Origin: an uncultured Bacilli bacterium
Lineage (GTDB): Bacteria > Bacillota_I > Bacilli_A > RF39 > UBA660
Length of the DNA: 64,000 nucleotides
Assembly: GCA_947627385.1 (NCBI GenBank)
Contig: CANQVV010000001.1
Coordinates: forward strand, 40,865 to 104,864
Reading direction: 5' to 3'
Positions 20,941 to 31,728 of the stretch are shown here, piece by piece. The position numbers were made by a program, and so were the translations under genes. The notes beneath the pieces were generated by a model that worked only from the letters and a program-made list of their open reading frames with translations, did no database searches and had not been told where the DNA came from. Position 1 is the stretch's first letter. Each line of letters begins with the position of its first letter.

Positions 20941-21096
20941 ACTATCACCATATAAAGATTATATCATAAAAACAAACAAATAAAAAATAGTATTTCTACT
21001 ATTTCTTAATTATTATAAATCCAAGATAATTGGATTCATTTTTAATATACTATCAGAAGAAAACGCTAATATTACTTTTTCAAGTCAAGAAAAAAT

Positions 21097-21115
21097 TTTA
21101 TAAAAAAGTCTATTA
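21097..21115 (-). terminator. rho-independent terminator of CDS 21113..21445
   Basis: Hairpin AAGTCTA/TAGACTT followed by a T-run on the minus strand. Confidence 0.5.
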
Positions 21116-21445
21116 TCTAGACTTTGTAGTAGGTATTTCAAGAAAATCAAAACTTTCATACCAATATGGTTCTTTTTGTTCTATTAAAGTAAAACCATTA
21201 TCTTCTAATTTAGCAAAAGCTATCTTTCCTTGTTTAGAACATTCTTTTTTTACACCATCACTTTGATGATTTTCAGCTAAACTTTCTAATCCATTATTTA
21301 AAGCCATAATAGTAATTGGGCATACTTCCTTAGTATGATTAGTAGTAGCATGCTCAATGGCTATGGCTCCACCTTTGATTAAAAATGCTGCTAAAATAAT
21401 CGTACCAAACTTAACTTCCTTTTTATTCTTTTTTGATTTTTTCAT
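21113..21445 (-). CDS. hypothetical membrane-anchored protein
   Basis: 110 aa with an N-terminal TM segment. Confidence 0.4.
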   Translation of the reverse strand: MKKSKKNKKEVKFGTIILAAFLIKGGAIAIEHATTNHTKEVCPITIMALNNGLESLAENHQSDGVKKECSKQGKIAFAKLEDNGFTLIEQKEPYWYESFDFLEIPTTKSR

Positions 21446-21503
21446 ATATCCCCCTTAAATGCATTAAAATAATAGCATAACCATTAATTTTTGTCAAATT
21501 AAA

Positions 21504-21524
21504 ATCCCTATAAATAGGGATTAA
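21504..21524 (-). terminator. hairpin terminator after tRNA-Ser
   Basis: AATCCCTA-TAAA-TAGGGATT is a perfect 8-bp stem, followed by T-rich sequence on the minus strand. Confidence 0.5.
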
Positions 21525-21533
21525 AATTCAATA

Positions 21534-21624
21534 TGGCGGAGCAGGAGAGATTTGAACTCTCGCGACAGTTACCCGTCCTACACCCTTAGCAGGGGCGCCT
21601 CTTCAGCCTCTTGAGTACTACTCC
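21534..21624 (-). tRNA. tRNA-Ser (anticodon GCT)
   Basis: 91 nt cloverleaf with long variable arm. Anticodon loop CTGCTAA. Encoded CCA. Confidence 0.9.
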
Positions 21625-21731
21625 ATACCAAGAATTACTTTTATATTTTAACATAAGTAAAAAATTTAGTCAATTACTATTACTATATGTATTCTATAAA
21701 TGTATTCTTAGTATATACAATAAATAATAAT

Positions 21732-23276
21732 TTATACTTCATTAAAATCTGTTACTTGATTAATATTATTTTGATATTCATTAATTACTAATCCTTTGGT
21801 TGTAAGAAGCATCCCAGCAATAGAAACGGCACTTGTAAGTGAATTAATTACAACTAATGTTGGATCAATTACTTCGGAAGTTACAATATCTTCAAATTTA
21901 TCTTTTTTAACATTATATAATATTTGATAATCATTTAATTTTATTTTGGAAAATATTGTATTATAATCCAGACCAGCATTTATTAATATTTGTTCTAATG
22001 GTTTTAGTAAAGCTTCTTTTAAAATAATGGCGCCATTATTTGAACTTGTTAAAACACTACTAATTTTACTTAAAATTACCCCCATTCCCGGTAAAATGCC
22101 TTCATAAGCTACGGAAACAGCACATAAAGCATCATCAAAGCGCATCTTTTTTTCTCTTCTTTCAGTAATTGTTTTAGCCCCCACTAATATCTCTACACTT
22201 CCCTTTTCTAACATTGTTAAGCGTTTTTGAATGAAATCTTTTTCAGTTATAGTATTTTTTAAATCTTCATTTAAATTAATAAGTAACTTCTTTACTTGAT
22301 CATTAAATTTGAAATTAATTATAACTTCATTATTATTAATTGTTACTTTTTCAACGGTATTAATATCATTCATTGTAATAATTTGGTTATTAATTATATT
22401 ACTATTACTAATTGCACTTAAATCTTGTAATATTTGTATTTGCCTGATACCAAATTCAGGAGTTTTTAGTAAAATAACTTTTTCATTATTTTCTAAATTA
22501 TATTCTAAAATATTTTGAATAAATAAATCATCATAATCATTGGCAATAATAATTAAATCTTTTTTTAATTTATTTACTCTATTTATAACTTCACTAACTA
22601 TTTCTAAATTACTTAAATATCCATTATAAAGCATCATATAACTATTAAAAAATTCTTTACTTTCTAAACCATTTAAAAAATAGGGAGAAGCCAATAAACT
22701 TGAAAATCGATAACCTTTTAAGTAACGAATCATACACTTATCTTGATCATATTCTTTAATAGTTATAGCACTTTTATCTAATACTTGTAAGTATGCTTCA
22801 CTAACAATTTGACCTATTTCATTATCATTGCTAGAAACACTTGCTACCAATTTAATTTCTTCTTTACTAGGTGTTCGCGATATTTTTTGAATTTGTTCAA
22901 CAATTTCATTTAAGGTGTTATCTAATTCTTTTTTTAAAATAATAGGATTTATTCCTTCTTTAACTAACTTTAACCCAGTATTAAAAATACTTTGTAATAA
23001 TACTAAGGTTGTAGTAGTACCATCACCAACTTTTTCATTAGTATTAATAGCGGCTTCTTTGGCTAATTCTAAAATAGTATTAACCACTTCATTTTCACTA
23101 GCAATATTTTCTGCAATAGTTACACCATCATTGGTAATAAACGGACTAAATGCTGAATGATCAATAATAACATTGTTACCTTTTGGTCCCATAGTTATTT
23201 TAACATTATCACAAAGTAAATTAATTGCTTCTTGCATATAATTATATAATTCTTGATTACTAACAACTTTTTTCAT
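21732..23276 (-). CDS. divergent GroEL/Cpn60-family chaperonin paralog (no GroES partner, no GGM tail)
   Basis: GPKGNNVII, ITNDGVTIA and GDGTTTTLVL match the GroEL equatorial motifs. The GGG motif is GMG (LPGMGVIL). The Gly-Gly-Met C-terminal tail is missing. Its start overlaps the stop of the upstream gene. Confidence 0.7.
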   Translation of the reverse strand: MKKVVSNQELYNYMQEAINLLCDNVKITMGPKGNNVIIDHSAFSPFITNDGVTIAENIASENEVVNTILELAKEAAINTNEKVGDGTTTTLVLLQSIFNTGLKLVKEGINPIILKKELDNTLNEIVEQIQKISRTPSKEEIKLVASVSSNDNEIGQIVSEAYLQVLDKSAITIKEYDQDKCMIRYLKGYRFSSLLASPYFLNGLESKEFFNSYMMLYNGYLSNLEIVSEVINRVNKLKKDLIIIANDYDDLFIQNILEYNLENNEKVILLKTPEFGIRQIQILQDLSAISNSNIINNQIITMNDINTVEKVTINNNEVIINFKFNDQVKKLLINLNEDLKNTITEKDFIQKRLTMLEKGSVEILVGAKTITERREKKMRFDDALCAVSVAYEGILPGMGVILSKISSVLTSSNNGAIILKEALLKPLEQILINAGLDYNTIFSKIKLNDYQILYNVKKDKFEDIVTSEVIDPTLVVINSLTSAVSIAGMLLTTKGLVINEYQNNINQVTDFNEV

Positions 23277-24019
23277 AATTCATCCCTCACTTCTAATAAA
23301 TATGGCCAATACTTTTTTGGCATAAAATTTTGTCTACATGACAAATTTTTTCTTTCTTTAATTCCTATCGTTTGATAAAACAATTGCCATAAACTAGCAA
23401 ATTCATCTTCATCTACACTTTTATTATGAGCATTTATTATTAAATCAGAAGTTTTAATAATATAAAAATTCTGTTTATCATAAATACTTATTATTTTTCT
23501 CTCAACATCTTCAATCATCCAATATTCATTTTTAAGTCTATTTTTAAAATGAATAGATAATAAATATAAAATATCATTATCCGGTTTAATCTTAGCATAT
23601 AAAACTTTATTTTTTAGTTCTACAAAACGAACAAATCCTTTCATTTTATGATTTTCCCGACTTACTTTTTGACTTATTCTTAATGTTTCACTAACACATT
23701 TTAAATTACGCATATAATTTAAATTATTTTTATATTTTGGATAATTAAGTAAATAATAATAAATTATTAACTCTTTGTTATTTTCATTAGATATAAAAAC
23801 ATAGTAAATAATTTTTAAAATATACTTATCATACAATTGTAAATATAATTTTATTATATCTTGCTTATTTTCTAATTTTAAATTGATTATATTTTCAAAC
23901 ATATCAGCATTATAATTAATAGGTTTTATATTAAAAGGTCTTGTATTATTACTTAATAAATAATTTATTAACTCTAAAAGATTTAAAAAATTGCCATTAT
24001 ATAAATAAACATTTGCCAT
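23273..24019 (-). CDS. DUF4130/TIGR03915-like probable DNA metabolism protein (partner of the radical-SAM DNA repair-like protein)
   Basis: ~250 aa. C-terminal RQNFMPKKYWPYLLE motif, recalled for this family. Translationally coupled to the radical-SAM gene upstream. Confidence 0.6.
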   Translation of the reverse strand: MANVYLYNGNFLNLLELINYLLSNNTRPFNIKPINYNADMFENIINLKLENKQDIIKLYLQLYDKYILKIIYYVFISNENNKELIIYYYLLNYPKYKNNLNYMRNLKCVSETLRISQKVSRENHKMKGFVRFVELKNKVLYAKIKPDNDILYLLSIHFKNRLKNEYWMIEDVERKIISIYDKQNFYIIKTSDLIINAHNKSVDEDEFASLWQLFYQTIGIKERKNLSCRQNFMPKKYWPYLLEVRDEL

Positions 24020-25233
24020 TAAAACAATTGCAACTGCTTTCCATAAGTTAATTGTTTTACATTATCATTTAATACTAAATTAGCTTCGATAAAATTTTTA
24101 TTAAAATATTCTGGATTAAAATCAAATTTACCATTACATGTAATAAAATATCTAGCTCTTTTTAATACTACACCCATTTTTTTTAAATCTTTAAAAGTTA
24201 ACTTAAAATGACGTCTCGAAGTTATTATTCTCTTAGCAGATGTAACACCTATCCCAGGTATATGTAATAAATCTTGATAACTACAAGTATTTACTTCTTT
24301 GGGAAATTCTTGTAAATGTTTTAATGCCCAAGAAGCTTTGGGATCAACTAAAATATTTAAATTAGGATTTTTTTCATCTAAAATATCTGAAACTTTAAAG
24401 CCATAATAACGTAATAACCAATCCGCTTGATATAATCTATTTTCTCTTTTTAATGGGGGAATTTCTAAACTAGGCAAAAGTGTATCCTTATTAATAGGAA
24501 TATATGCTGAATAAAACACTCTTTTTAATCGATAATTTTGGTACATTGAAAAACTTTTATTCATAATATCTAAATCACTTTCTTTGGTGGCACCGATTAT
24601 CATTTGCGTACTTTGACCAGCCGGAACATAATCTTTATTATGATTATCTTTAACATATTGCATTATTTTTTGAACCTTATCACCACTTTTATTGGGAGCT
24701 AATAATTTTAAACCATTTTCAGTAGAAAGTTCAATATTGGCACTAACGCGATCAGCAAGCAGCCCTATTTTTTTTAATAAATGTTCACTAGCCCCGGGTA
24801 TTGCTTTAACATGGATATAGCCACCAAAATGATATTTACCTCTTAAAAGTTGCAAAGTTTCGATAAGTAAATTCATTGTATCATCAGGTGATTTTATAAT
24901 TCCTGAACTTAAAAATAACCCTTCAATATAATTTCTTCGATAAAAATTAATAGTTATTTCACATATTTCTTCTGGGGTGAATATTGCTCTTTTTATATTA
25001 TTACTTTTACGATTAATACAATATTTACAATCAAAGATACAAGCATTAGTTAATAAAATTTTTAATAACGATATACATCTGCCATCAGATGAAAAAGAAT
25101 GACAAATACCAGCATAAGAAGTATTGCCTAAATTACTGCTGCCACGCCCATGGGAACCACTAGATGAACAAGAGGCATCATATTTAGCACTTTCAGCAAG
25201 TATTTGTAATTTTTCTTTCAATTCCATATTCAC
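24019..25233 (-). CDS. putative DNA modification/repair radical SAM protein (TIGR03916-like) with C-terminal helix-hairpin-helix
   Basis: CxxxCxxC cluster CIFDCKYC. C-terminal HhH LLHIPGIGVTSAKRII. 404 aa. Confidence 0.7.
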   Translation of the reverse strand: MNMELKEKLQILAESAKYDASCSSSGSHGRGSSNLGNTSYAGICHSFSSDGRCISLLKILLTNACIFDCKYCINRKSNNIKRAIFTPEEICEITINFYRRNYIEGLFLSSGIIKSPDDTMNLLIETLQLLRGKYHFGGYIHVKAIPGASEHLLKKIGLLADRVSANIELSTENGLKLLAPNKSGDKVQKIMQYVKDNHNKDYVPAGQSTQMIIGATKESDLDIMNKSFSMYQNYRLKRVFYSAYIPINKDTLLPSLEIPPLKRENRLYQADWLLRYYGFKVSDILDEKNPNLNILVDPKASWALKHLQEFPKEVNTCSYQDLLHIPGIGVTSAKRIITSRRHFKLTFKDLKKMGVVLKRARYFITCNGKFDFNPEYFNKNFIEANLVLNDNVKQLTYGKQLQLF

Positions 25234-25312
25234 TCACCAATTATATTATAACAATGTTTTTATCAAAAAGCAAACATTTGTTTATAACTTGGCAAATATT
25301 AACAATATCAAT

Positions 25313-25963
25313 TTAAAGATTTAATAAATTAGAAAAATATGAAGGATATGGCAATTCCAATTCAATTAATTTTTTAGTAATTGGATGACTAAATGTAAGT
25401 TTATACGCCATTAAATATAGTCTATCGGCTTTTATTCCATGATACTTTTTATCTCCCACTATTGGATATCCTAATTCACTTAAATGCACTCTTATTTGAT
25501 TTTTACGTCCTGTTAAAATATTAATTTTAAGTAAAGTATATTTATTATTACTTTTTAATTTTTCATACTTAGTAATAGCTAATTTACCATTAGAAGAATT
25601 AGTACTATATACTAAATTAGTTTTAGTTTCTTTTAAATAAGATTTTATAGTACTTCTATCCTTTTTAACTATGCCACTAACAATGGCTAAATATTCTCTT
25701 TTTACATCATGCCAATTATCTTGTAATAATTTTTTAACATGCATATTTTTAGCAAACATTATTAAACCAGATGTATCTTTATCTAAACGATGAACGATAA
25801 ATACTTTATTATTTTTATTTTGTTTTTTTAAATATTCTGATACTTGATAATATAAATTATGTTCATTAAAATTATCCGTACTAATGGTTAGAAGTCCTGG
25901 TAATTTATCTATTACAATAATATCTTTATCTTCATAAATAATTTTTAACTTTTCTTTTTTCAT
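25313..25963 (-). CDS. RluA-family pseudouridine synthase
   Basis: Catalytic motif HRLDKDTSGL. Confidence 0.85.
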   Translation of the reverse strand: MKKEKLKIIYEDKDIIVIDKLPGLLTISTDNFNEHNLYYQVSEYLKKQNKNNKVFIVHRLDKDTSGLIMFAKNMHVKKLLQDNWHDVKREYLAIVSGIVKKDRSTIKSYLKETKTNLVYSTNSSNGKLAITKYEKLKSNNKYTLLKINILTGRKNQIRVHLSELGYPIVGDKKYHGIKADRLYLMAYKLTFSHPITKKLIELELPYPSYFSNLLNL

Positions 25964-26499
25964 TTTATAATTAAATCTTTCTTGTTATATTTTTTTAAAG
26001 CCTTAATTATTTCATCTTTTTTGGCAATTTCTAAATATAAATAACATGGTGTATCAGTTAAAATAGTTATAGTATACTCACCAAAGATAATAGCTTTTAT
26101 TTTATCCCAATCAAATACTACTTTTAAATCATAAAATGAATCACTACCAATCCCATATTCATCAATAAATAAATTTGTTTGAAAATTTTGTTTCTTTCTA
26201 ATTAAATAAAGATAAAAAATATTAATTATTACAAATAATAAATATATTATAGTAACTAAATATAACCATAAAGATCCAATCATTAAATTATGATTAAAAT
26301 ATCCTCCTATATTGATTAATAAATTAATCAAAAAAATAGTTAAAGTTATTATTAATATGGTTTGAATATAAGATAAACTTTGAGCTTTTCTATTTTTTAA
26401 AATTTTTCTTTTATGCAAAGCAAAACCACGAGCTTCATTAAAACAATTAAAATAATTATCAGTAATATTACATTCTATTTTCATATTATTTATCCTCAT
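25960..26499 (-). CDS. hypothetical membrane protein
   Basis: 179 aa with two central TM helices. Confidence 0.4.
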   Translation of the reverse strand: MRINNMKIECNITDNYFNCFNEARGFALHKRKILKNRKAQSLSYIQTILIITLTIFLINLLINIGGYFNHNLMIGSLWLYLVTIIYLLFVIINIFYLYLIRKKQNFQTNLFIDEYGIGSDSFYDLKVVFDWDKIKAIIFGEYTITILTDTPCYLYLEIAKKDEIIKALKKYNKKDLIIK

Positions 26500-26538
26500 T
26501 TATATTATAACAGAAATATATGCAAATAAAAAGAAGCA

Positions 26539-27864
26539 TTAAGCTTCTTCATTCTGATTATTTTGACCTCTTTCAACATAAGTTTCATATTTTACTTCGG
26601 ATACTTCATTTTTTGCTAAATTATAAGCTACTGTTTTAGTACATGTATATTGACCACCAAAAACTTCAAAATCAACTAATAATACTAATTCATTATTTTT
26701 ATTTAAGTAAACATTTTCAATATTATTTAAATTATCATCTAAATCTTTCTTTAAATTATTATATTCTTCGGCAAAACCTGGAAAATCTTTAACTTCTTCA
26801 TACGATTTATCAATCAAAGAATTAGCAAATTCTTTCACTTTATCTTTAACGTTATCTAAATTTTGTTCTTTTAACATAACAGCAGTAGAAATTTCTTTAC
26901 TAGTTTTTAAGTCAACATTATAAGCTTTAACCCAAGTAGAACTATTACCACCTTCAATACTTAATATTGATAAAATATTATCATTAATAAAATATTCATA
27001 AGTTATAACATTTATTTCACCAAAGAAACCAGTTGCTATTCCATTACTATCATTAACTGCTTCACTTTTTAATTTTTCATTGATAGCTTTTACATCTTCA
27101 CTATCTATATTAATAGCAGGATATTCATAATAATTATGATAAGTTTGACCTGATATATTACCATAAACATCAGATTTTACAGATTTAACAGTATAAACTA
27201 AATTTTTACTTTCGTCTATCTTTTTAATATTACTCATCATTTTAGAAGTTTCAACTTTATTCTTAACTTCATCATTTATTAATTTTTCATTTTTAGTCCA
27301 AGTTTTATTAATTTTATTAAAATCAATTTCTTTTTTATCTGTTAAATTTAAATGAACAGTATCTTCTTGTTTTTTAACAAATATAATATCTTTTTGATAA
27401 TTTAATTCTGATTCTTTAACATATTCTTTATCACTATATCCCAAATTATATATTTTATGTGAATTTGTTGTAACAGCATACCAATTATATAAATCATCTA
27501 TTTTATTATATAAATATTCAAAAGTATATTGTTCATAAGCTGCTACTATGTTAGAAATTGGTTTATTATCTTTAATAGTATAAATCTTAGTTATATAATT
27601 ATTATTTAATTTAGGAAGAGTAATTAATAATTCTGGAACTTTATTATTATCTAAATCTATTAAAGTAACATCTGCTTCCTTAGCCCCTTCAAATGTTTCT
27701 TCTTTATTTAATAAATTTTCATAAATTTTAGTATAATCTTTATTACCATTATTAAATACTATGTAAATTACTAAACCAACAATAATTATAATTAACAATA
27801 ATATTATCCATAAATAACTTTTTTTAAAATCTTGTTTCTTTTTAGAATTTTTTTCCTTTTTCAT
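26539..27864 (-). CDS. hypothetical N-terminally anchored extracytoplasmic protein
   Basis: 441 aa. One N-terminal TM. No known domain. Confidence 0.4.
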   Translation of the reverse strand: MKKEKNSKKKQDFKKSYLWIILLLIIIIVGLVIYIVFNNGNKDYTKIYENLLNKEETFEGAKEADVTLIDLDNNKVPELLITLPKLNNNYITKIYTIKDNKPISNIVAAYEQYTFEYLYNKIDDLYNWYAVTTNSHKIYNLGYSDKEYVKESELNYQKDIIFVKKQEDTVHLNLTDKKEIDFNKINKTWTKNEKLINDEVKNKVETSKMMSNIKKIDESKNLVYTVKSVKSDVYGNISGQTYHNYYEYPAINIDSEDVKAINEKLKSEAVNDSNGIATGFFGEINVITYEYFINDNILSILSIEGGNSSTWVKAYNVDLKTSKEISTAVMLKEQNLDNVKDKVKEFANSLIDKSYEEVKDFPGFAEEYNNLKKDLDDNLNNIENVYLNKNNELVLLVDFEVFGGQYTCTKTVAYNLAKNEVSEVKYETYVERGQNNQNEEA

Positions 27865-27894
27865 TTCACACCATATCCTTAATACTAATTATAT

Positions 27895-30060
27895 TTATTC
27901 TTCTTTATTTTTTTCCTCATTGGTTTTTCTTTTTGGCAATGCTTCTTTTCTAGATAAATTTAAACGTCCTCGATTATCATAGCCGAGAGATTTAACAATT
28001 ATCTCATCACCTACTTTTACTATATCACTTGGTTTATTAACTCGTTTTTCATCAAGTTGAGAAACATGAACCATACCTTCACAACCAGGCCAAAGTTCAA
28101 CAAAACAACCAAAATCTTCAACTTTTACAACTTTACCAGTATAAACTTTACCAGTTTCTACTTCTCTTACAACTTCTTCGATCATTTTACGAGTTTTATC
28201 AATAATTGCTTGATCAGTATGATAAATTATAACACGACCATCATCTTCTAAATCAACTTTAACAGCATTTTTATCATTAACGGTTTTAACATTTGAGGCC
28301 TCTAAAATAATTTTAGTAATCATTTCGCCACCTCGGCCAATAACATCTTTGATTTTTTCAGGATCAATTGTAAATGTATCAATCTTAGGAGCATATGGAC
28401 TTAATTCTTTTCTTGGCTCTTTAATAACTGTTTCAAATAAATCCAAAATTTGCATCCGTGCCTTTTTAGCTTGGGCAAGAGCTTCTTTTAAAATATTTCT
28501 ATTAACACCATCTATTTTGATATCCATTTGTAATGCACAAATACCTTCTCTGGTACCAGCAACTTTAAAATCCATATCACCTAAATGATCTTCCATTCCT
28601 TGAATATCAGTTAGAATTGTATATTTATCATCATTAGTAATAAGACCCATAGCAATACCAGCCACCGGAGCTTTAATTGGTACTCCGGCTGCCATTAGAG
28701 ATAAGCAACCAGCGCAAATACTAGCTTGACTTGATGAACCATTACTTTCTAGAATTTCAGATACTACTCTTATAGTATACGGAAATTCTTCTTCACTTGG
28801 TATTACTTGTAATAATGCTCTTTCACCTAAGGCACCATGACCTATTTCTCTTCTTCCTGGTGAACCATAACGACCTGTTTCACCTACACTAAATTGAGGA
28901 AAATTATAATGTAGCATAAATCTTTTTTCTTCTTCTAAGGAAAGTCCATCAAGCATTTGACTTTCACCTAGGGCTCCTAGTGTTGTAATTGATAAACTTT
29001 GCGTTTGACCTCTGGTAAATAATGCTGAACCATGAGTTCTTGGTAAAATATCAATGCTAGCACTAAGTGGTCTTATTTCATCCATAGCTCTTCCATCAAT
29101 TCTAATTTTTTCATTAACTACTATTCTTCTAAATACTTCATATTGAACATTTTCAAATACTTTGGCTACCTTAGTTAATAATTCTGTTAATTCATCAGTT
29201 TCTAGTTCACTATTATTTTCTTTATATTTTTCTAATAATTCTTCTTTAATATTATCAATAGTTTCATACATTGTAGCTTTGTCTTTTATTCTAAGAGCAC
29301 TATCTAATTTTTCTTCAATTTCATCTTTAATTTCTTTACTTAATTCTTCGGTTATTTCTAGTTTTTCATATTCCATTTTTTCTTCGCCAATTTCAGCAAT
29401 AATAGAATTTTCAAAAGCCACTAATTTTTTAACTGCTTCATGACCAAAAAGTAGTGCTTCTAACATAACATCTTCACTAACTTCTTTGGCCCCTGCTTCA
29501 ACCATATTAATGGCATCCATTGTTCCTGCTACTGTTAAATCAATATCTGAAAGTTCAGCTTGTTCAACTGTGGGATTAATAACAAATTCACCATTAACTC
29601 GACCTACTTTAACCGCTGCCACTGGACCATTAAAAGGAATTTTACTAATACATGTGGCAAGTGATGATCCTAATAAAGCTGCTAATTCCGGAGCATTATC
29701 TTGATCAACACTTAATACGGTATTAACTATTTGGACTTCATTACGAAAATCCTCAGGAAATAATGGTCGCATTGGTCGATCAATCATCCTAGCTGCAAGA
29801 GTCGCAGCATCAGTTGGTCTTCCTTCACGTTTAATAAATCCTCCTGGTATTTTTCCTACGGAATATAACTTTTCGTTGTATAAAACCATAAGTGGGAAAA
29901 AATCAGATAATAAATTAGCTGTTTTCGATACAACCGCCGTGCTAAGTACAACGGTGTCATTTACTCTTACTAAAACACTACCATGGGCTTGTTTTGCAAG
30001 TTCACCATGTTCAATAACTATTTTTCGACCATAAAAATCTAATTCGAATACTTTTTTCAT
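27895..30060 (-). CDS. pnp: polynucleotide phosphorylase
   Basis: Two RNase PH domains, a KH domain and an S1 domain. rpsO-pnp synteny. Confidence 0.95.
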   Translation of the reverse strand: MKKVFELDFYGRKIVIEHGELAKQAHGSVLVRVNDTVVLSTAVVSKTANLLSDFFPLMVLYNEKLYSVGKIPGGFIKREGRPTDAATLAARMIDRPMRPLFPEDFRNEVQIVNTVLSVDQDNAPELAALLGSSLATCISKIPFNGPVAAVKVGRVNGEFVINPTVEQAELSDIDLTVAGTMDAINMVEAGAKEVSEDVMLEALLFGHEAVKKLVAFENSIIAEIGEEKMEYEKLEITEELSKEIKDEIEEKLDSALRIKDKATMYETIDNIKEELLEKYKENNSELETDELTELLTKVAKVFENVQYEVFRRIVVNEKIRIDGRAMDEIRPLSASIDILPRTHGSALFTRGQTQSLSITTLGALGESQMLDGLSLEEEKRFMLHYNFPQFSVGETGRYGSPGRREIGHGALGERALLQVIPSEEEFPYTIRVVSEILESNGSSSQASICAGCLSLMAAGVPIKAPVAGIAMGLITNDDKYTILTDIQGMEDHLGDMDFKVAGTREGICALQMDIKIDGVNRNILKEALAQAKKARMQILDLFETVIKEPRKELSPYAPKIDTFTIDPEKIKDVIGRGGEMITKIILEASNVKTVNDKNAVKVDLEDDGRVIIYHTDQAIIDKTRKMIEEVVREVETGKVYTGKVVKVEDFGCFVELWPGCEGMVHVSQLDEKRVNKPSDIVKVGDEIIVKSLGYDNRGRLNLSRKEALPKRKTNEEKNKEE

Positions 30061-30112
30061 TTCTAAACCTCTTTCTAAAATAAAAAGACACTAAAAATAT
30101 TGTGTCCCTTTG

Positions 30113-30382
30113 TTATTTTCTTAAATTTAATTTTTTGATTACTTCACGATAACTTACTACATCGTTTTCTTTTAAGTAGTTAAGTAATTTTTTTCTTCTA
30201 CCTACTTTCATAAGTAATCCTCTTTTTGAATGATAATCATGAGTATGTTCTTGCATATGAGAAGTTAAATTGTTAATTTCATTAGTAAGAATTGCAATTT
30301 GAACTTCGGCTGAACCACAATCTTTATCATTCTTAGCAAATTCTTTAATTATTTTTGCTTTTTCATCTTTGCTTAAAGCCAT
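30113..30382 (-). CDS. rpsO: 30S ribosomal protein S15
   Basis: 89 aa. GSAEVQIAILT...HDYHSKRGLL. Confidence 0.95.
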   Translation of the reverse strand: MALSKDEKAKIIKEFAKNDKDCGSAEVQIAILTNEINNLTSHMQEHTHDYHSKRGLLMKVGRRKKLLNYLKENDVVSYREVIKKLNLRK

Positions 30383-30487
30383 AATTTCTTCCTTTCTATT
30401 AAATTAATTGGTTTAAACTGAGACAAAATCGGAAACTTTTTGTCTAAGTAAAAACTTCTACAAATAATTATATTATAAAATAACTAA

Positions 30488-30514
30488 ATTGTAAACAAAA
30501 TTGTAAACAAAATT
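30488..30514. repeat. tandem direct repeat (ATTGTAAACAAA) x2.2
   Basis: Visible in the truB-rpsO intergenic region. Confidence 0.6.
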
Positions 30515-30525
30515 TTTATTTTCTA

Positions 30526-31362
30526 TTAGAATAATATCTTTAATTTACCAATTTTATTTTCAAAATAATATAATGCTATATCACAACCTTTGTCTTGAAA
30601 TAAGACAAATCCTTTTTCATTCATTTCTAATTTATTACCATTAATTATTTTTTTAGCTAAAATATTTGTAACTGGTTTTATTTTAACATCTAACATATCG
30701 GTTAAATTTAATATTTGATAATTATTATTAGCAATATCATTTAATGTATAAGAATTTTCAATCTTAAATTTACCTTGTCTAGTTCTAATTAAATTATTCA
30801 TAGTACCAATAGTATTTAAATTTTTACATATAGTTTGAATTAAACTACGAATATAAGTACCTTTACTTACTACTACTCTAAATTTAAGTAAGTCATTATG
30901 ATAATCTAAAAATTCTATTTCTTTAATGTCTACTTTTCTTTTTGGTAGTTCAACATCTTCATTATTTCTAGCATATTCATATAATCTTTTACCATTAACA
31001 TGGACTGCTGAATAAATTGGTATTTCTTCTTCATATATACCAATTAAATTATTTAAAACCTCTATTATATCTTGTTTATTATATTCCTTAACTGATATAG
31101 ATTCTAAAATATTACCAGTTATATCATCAGTATCTGTTTTTATTCCAAATTTAATAGTAGCAATATACTCTTTATCTTCATTAGTTATTAAATCAACAAG
31201 TTTAGTATATTTATTAGTAAGACATACTAGAACACCAGTTGCCATCGGATCAAGGGTACCAGTATGACCAATTTTTTTAATATTTAATATATGACTTAAT
31301 TTGTTTACAACATCACGACTAGTCATATCTTTATCTTTATTAATAACTATACCTATATTCAT
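30526..31362 (-). CDS. truB: tRNA pseudouridine55 synthase TruB
   Basis: GHTGTLDPMATGVL catalytic motif. Confidence 0.9.
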   Translation of the reverse strand: MNIGIVINKDKDMTSRDVVNKLSHILNIKKIGHTGTLDPMATGVLVCLTNKYTKLVDLITNEDKEYIATIKFGIKTDTDDITGNILESISVKEYNKQDIIEVLNNLIGIYEEEIPIYSAVHVNGKRLYEYARNNEDVELPKRKVDIKEIEFLDYHNDLLKFRVVVSKGTYIRSLIQTICKNLNTIGTMNNLIRTRQGKFKIENSYTLNDIANNNYQILNLTDMLDVKIKPVTNILAKKIINGNKLEMNEKGFVLFQDKGCDIALYYFENKIGKLKILF

Positions 31363-31371
31363 TTAAAACCA

Positions 31372-31728
31372 TTAATCATTTTGATGAATTTCTGTAATTA
31401 TTTTTTCAATCTTAGTTGCATATTCAATCGATTCATCATAGATAAATTTAAGTTCGGGAATATTTCTAATTTCAATTCTTTGAGCAAGTTTTCCACGTAG
31501 AAATGGTGCAGCTTCATTCATTTCTTTGGTAATTTGTTCATGTTCTAAATTACTAATTGATGTAAAATAAACTTTGGCATAACTTAAATCTTTACTAACA
31601 GAAACATCAGTTAAAGTAATTGTTTTTAATAAATCATCATTGGTTTCAGTTAAAATAATATTACTTAAATATTTTAAAATATCACTAGCAATTCTCTCAA
31701 TTTTATGACTAGGCATGTTTAACCTCAA
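31372..31728 (-). CDS. rbfA: ribosome-binding factor A
   Basis: 118 aa. Lies downstream of infB. Confidence 0.85.
   Translation of the reverse strand: MRLNMPSHKIERIASDILKYLSNIILTETNDDLLKTITLTDVSVSKDLSYAKVYFTSISNLEHEQITKEMNEAAPFLRGKLAQRIEIRNIPELKFIYDESIEYATKIEKIITEIHQND

Noticed and set aside
21030-21266. ORF 21030..21266 (+)
   Set aside because: Overlaps the better-supported minus-strand gene 21113..21445 and the terminator hairpin. No RBS.
21732-23276. Possibility that this is simply the housekeeping groEL
   Set aside because: No groES upstream, no C-terminal GGM repeats, GGG to GMG substitution, and translational coupling to an unrelated operon.
28057-29704. Four plus-strand ORFs inside pnp
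   Set aside because: Antisense shadows of a highly conserved gene.
30488-30514. Short tandem repeat considered as a possible CRISPR or iteron
   Set aside because: Only 2.2 copies of a 12-mer, with no spacers and no cas genes. Likely slippage in an AT-rich intergenic region.
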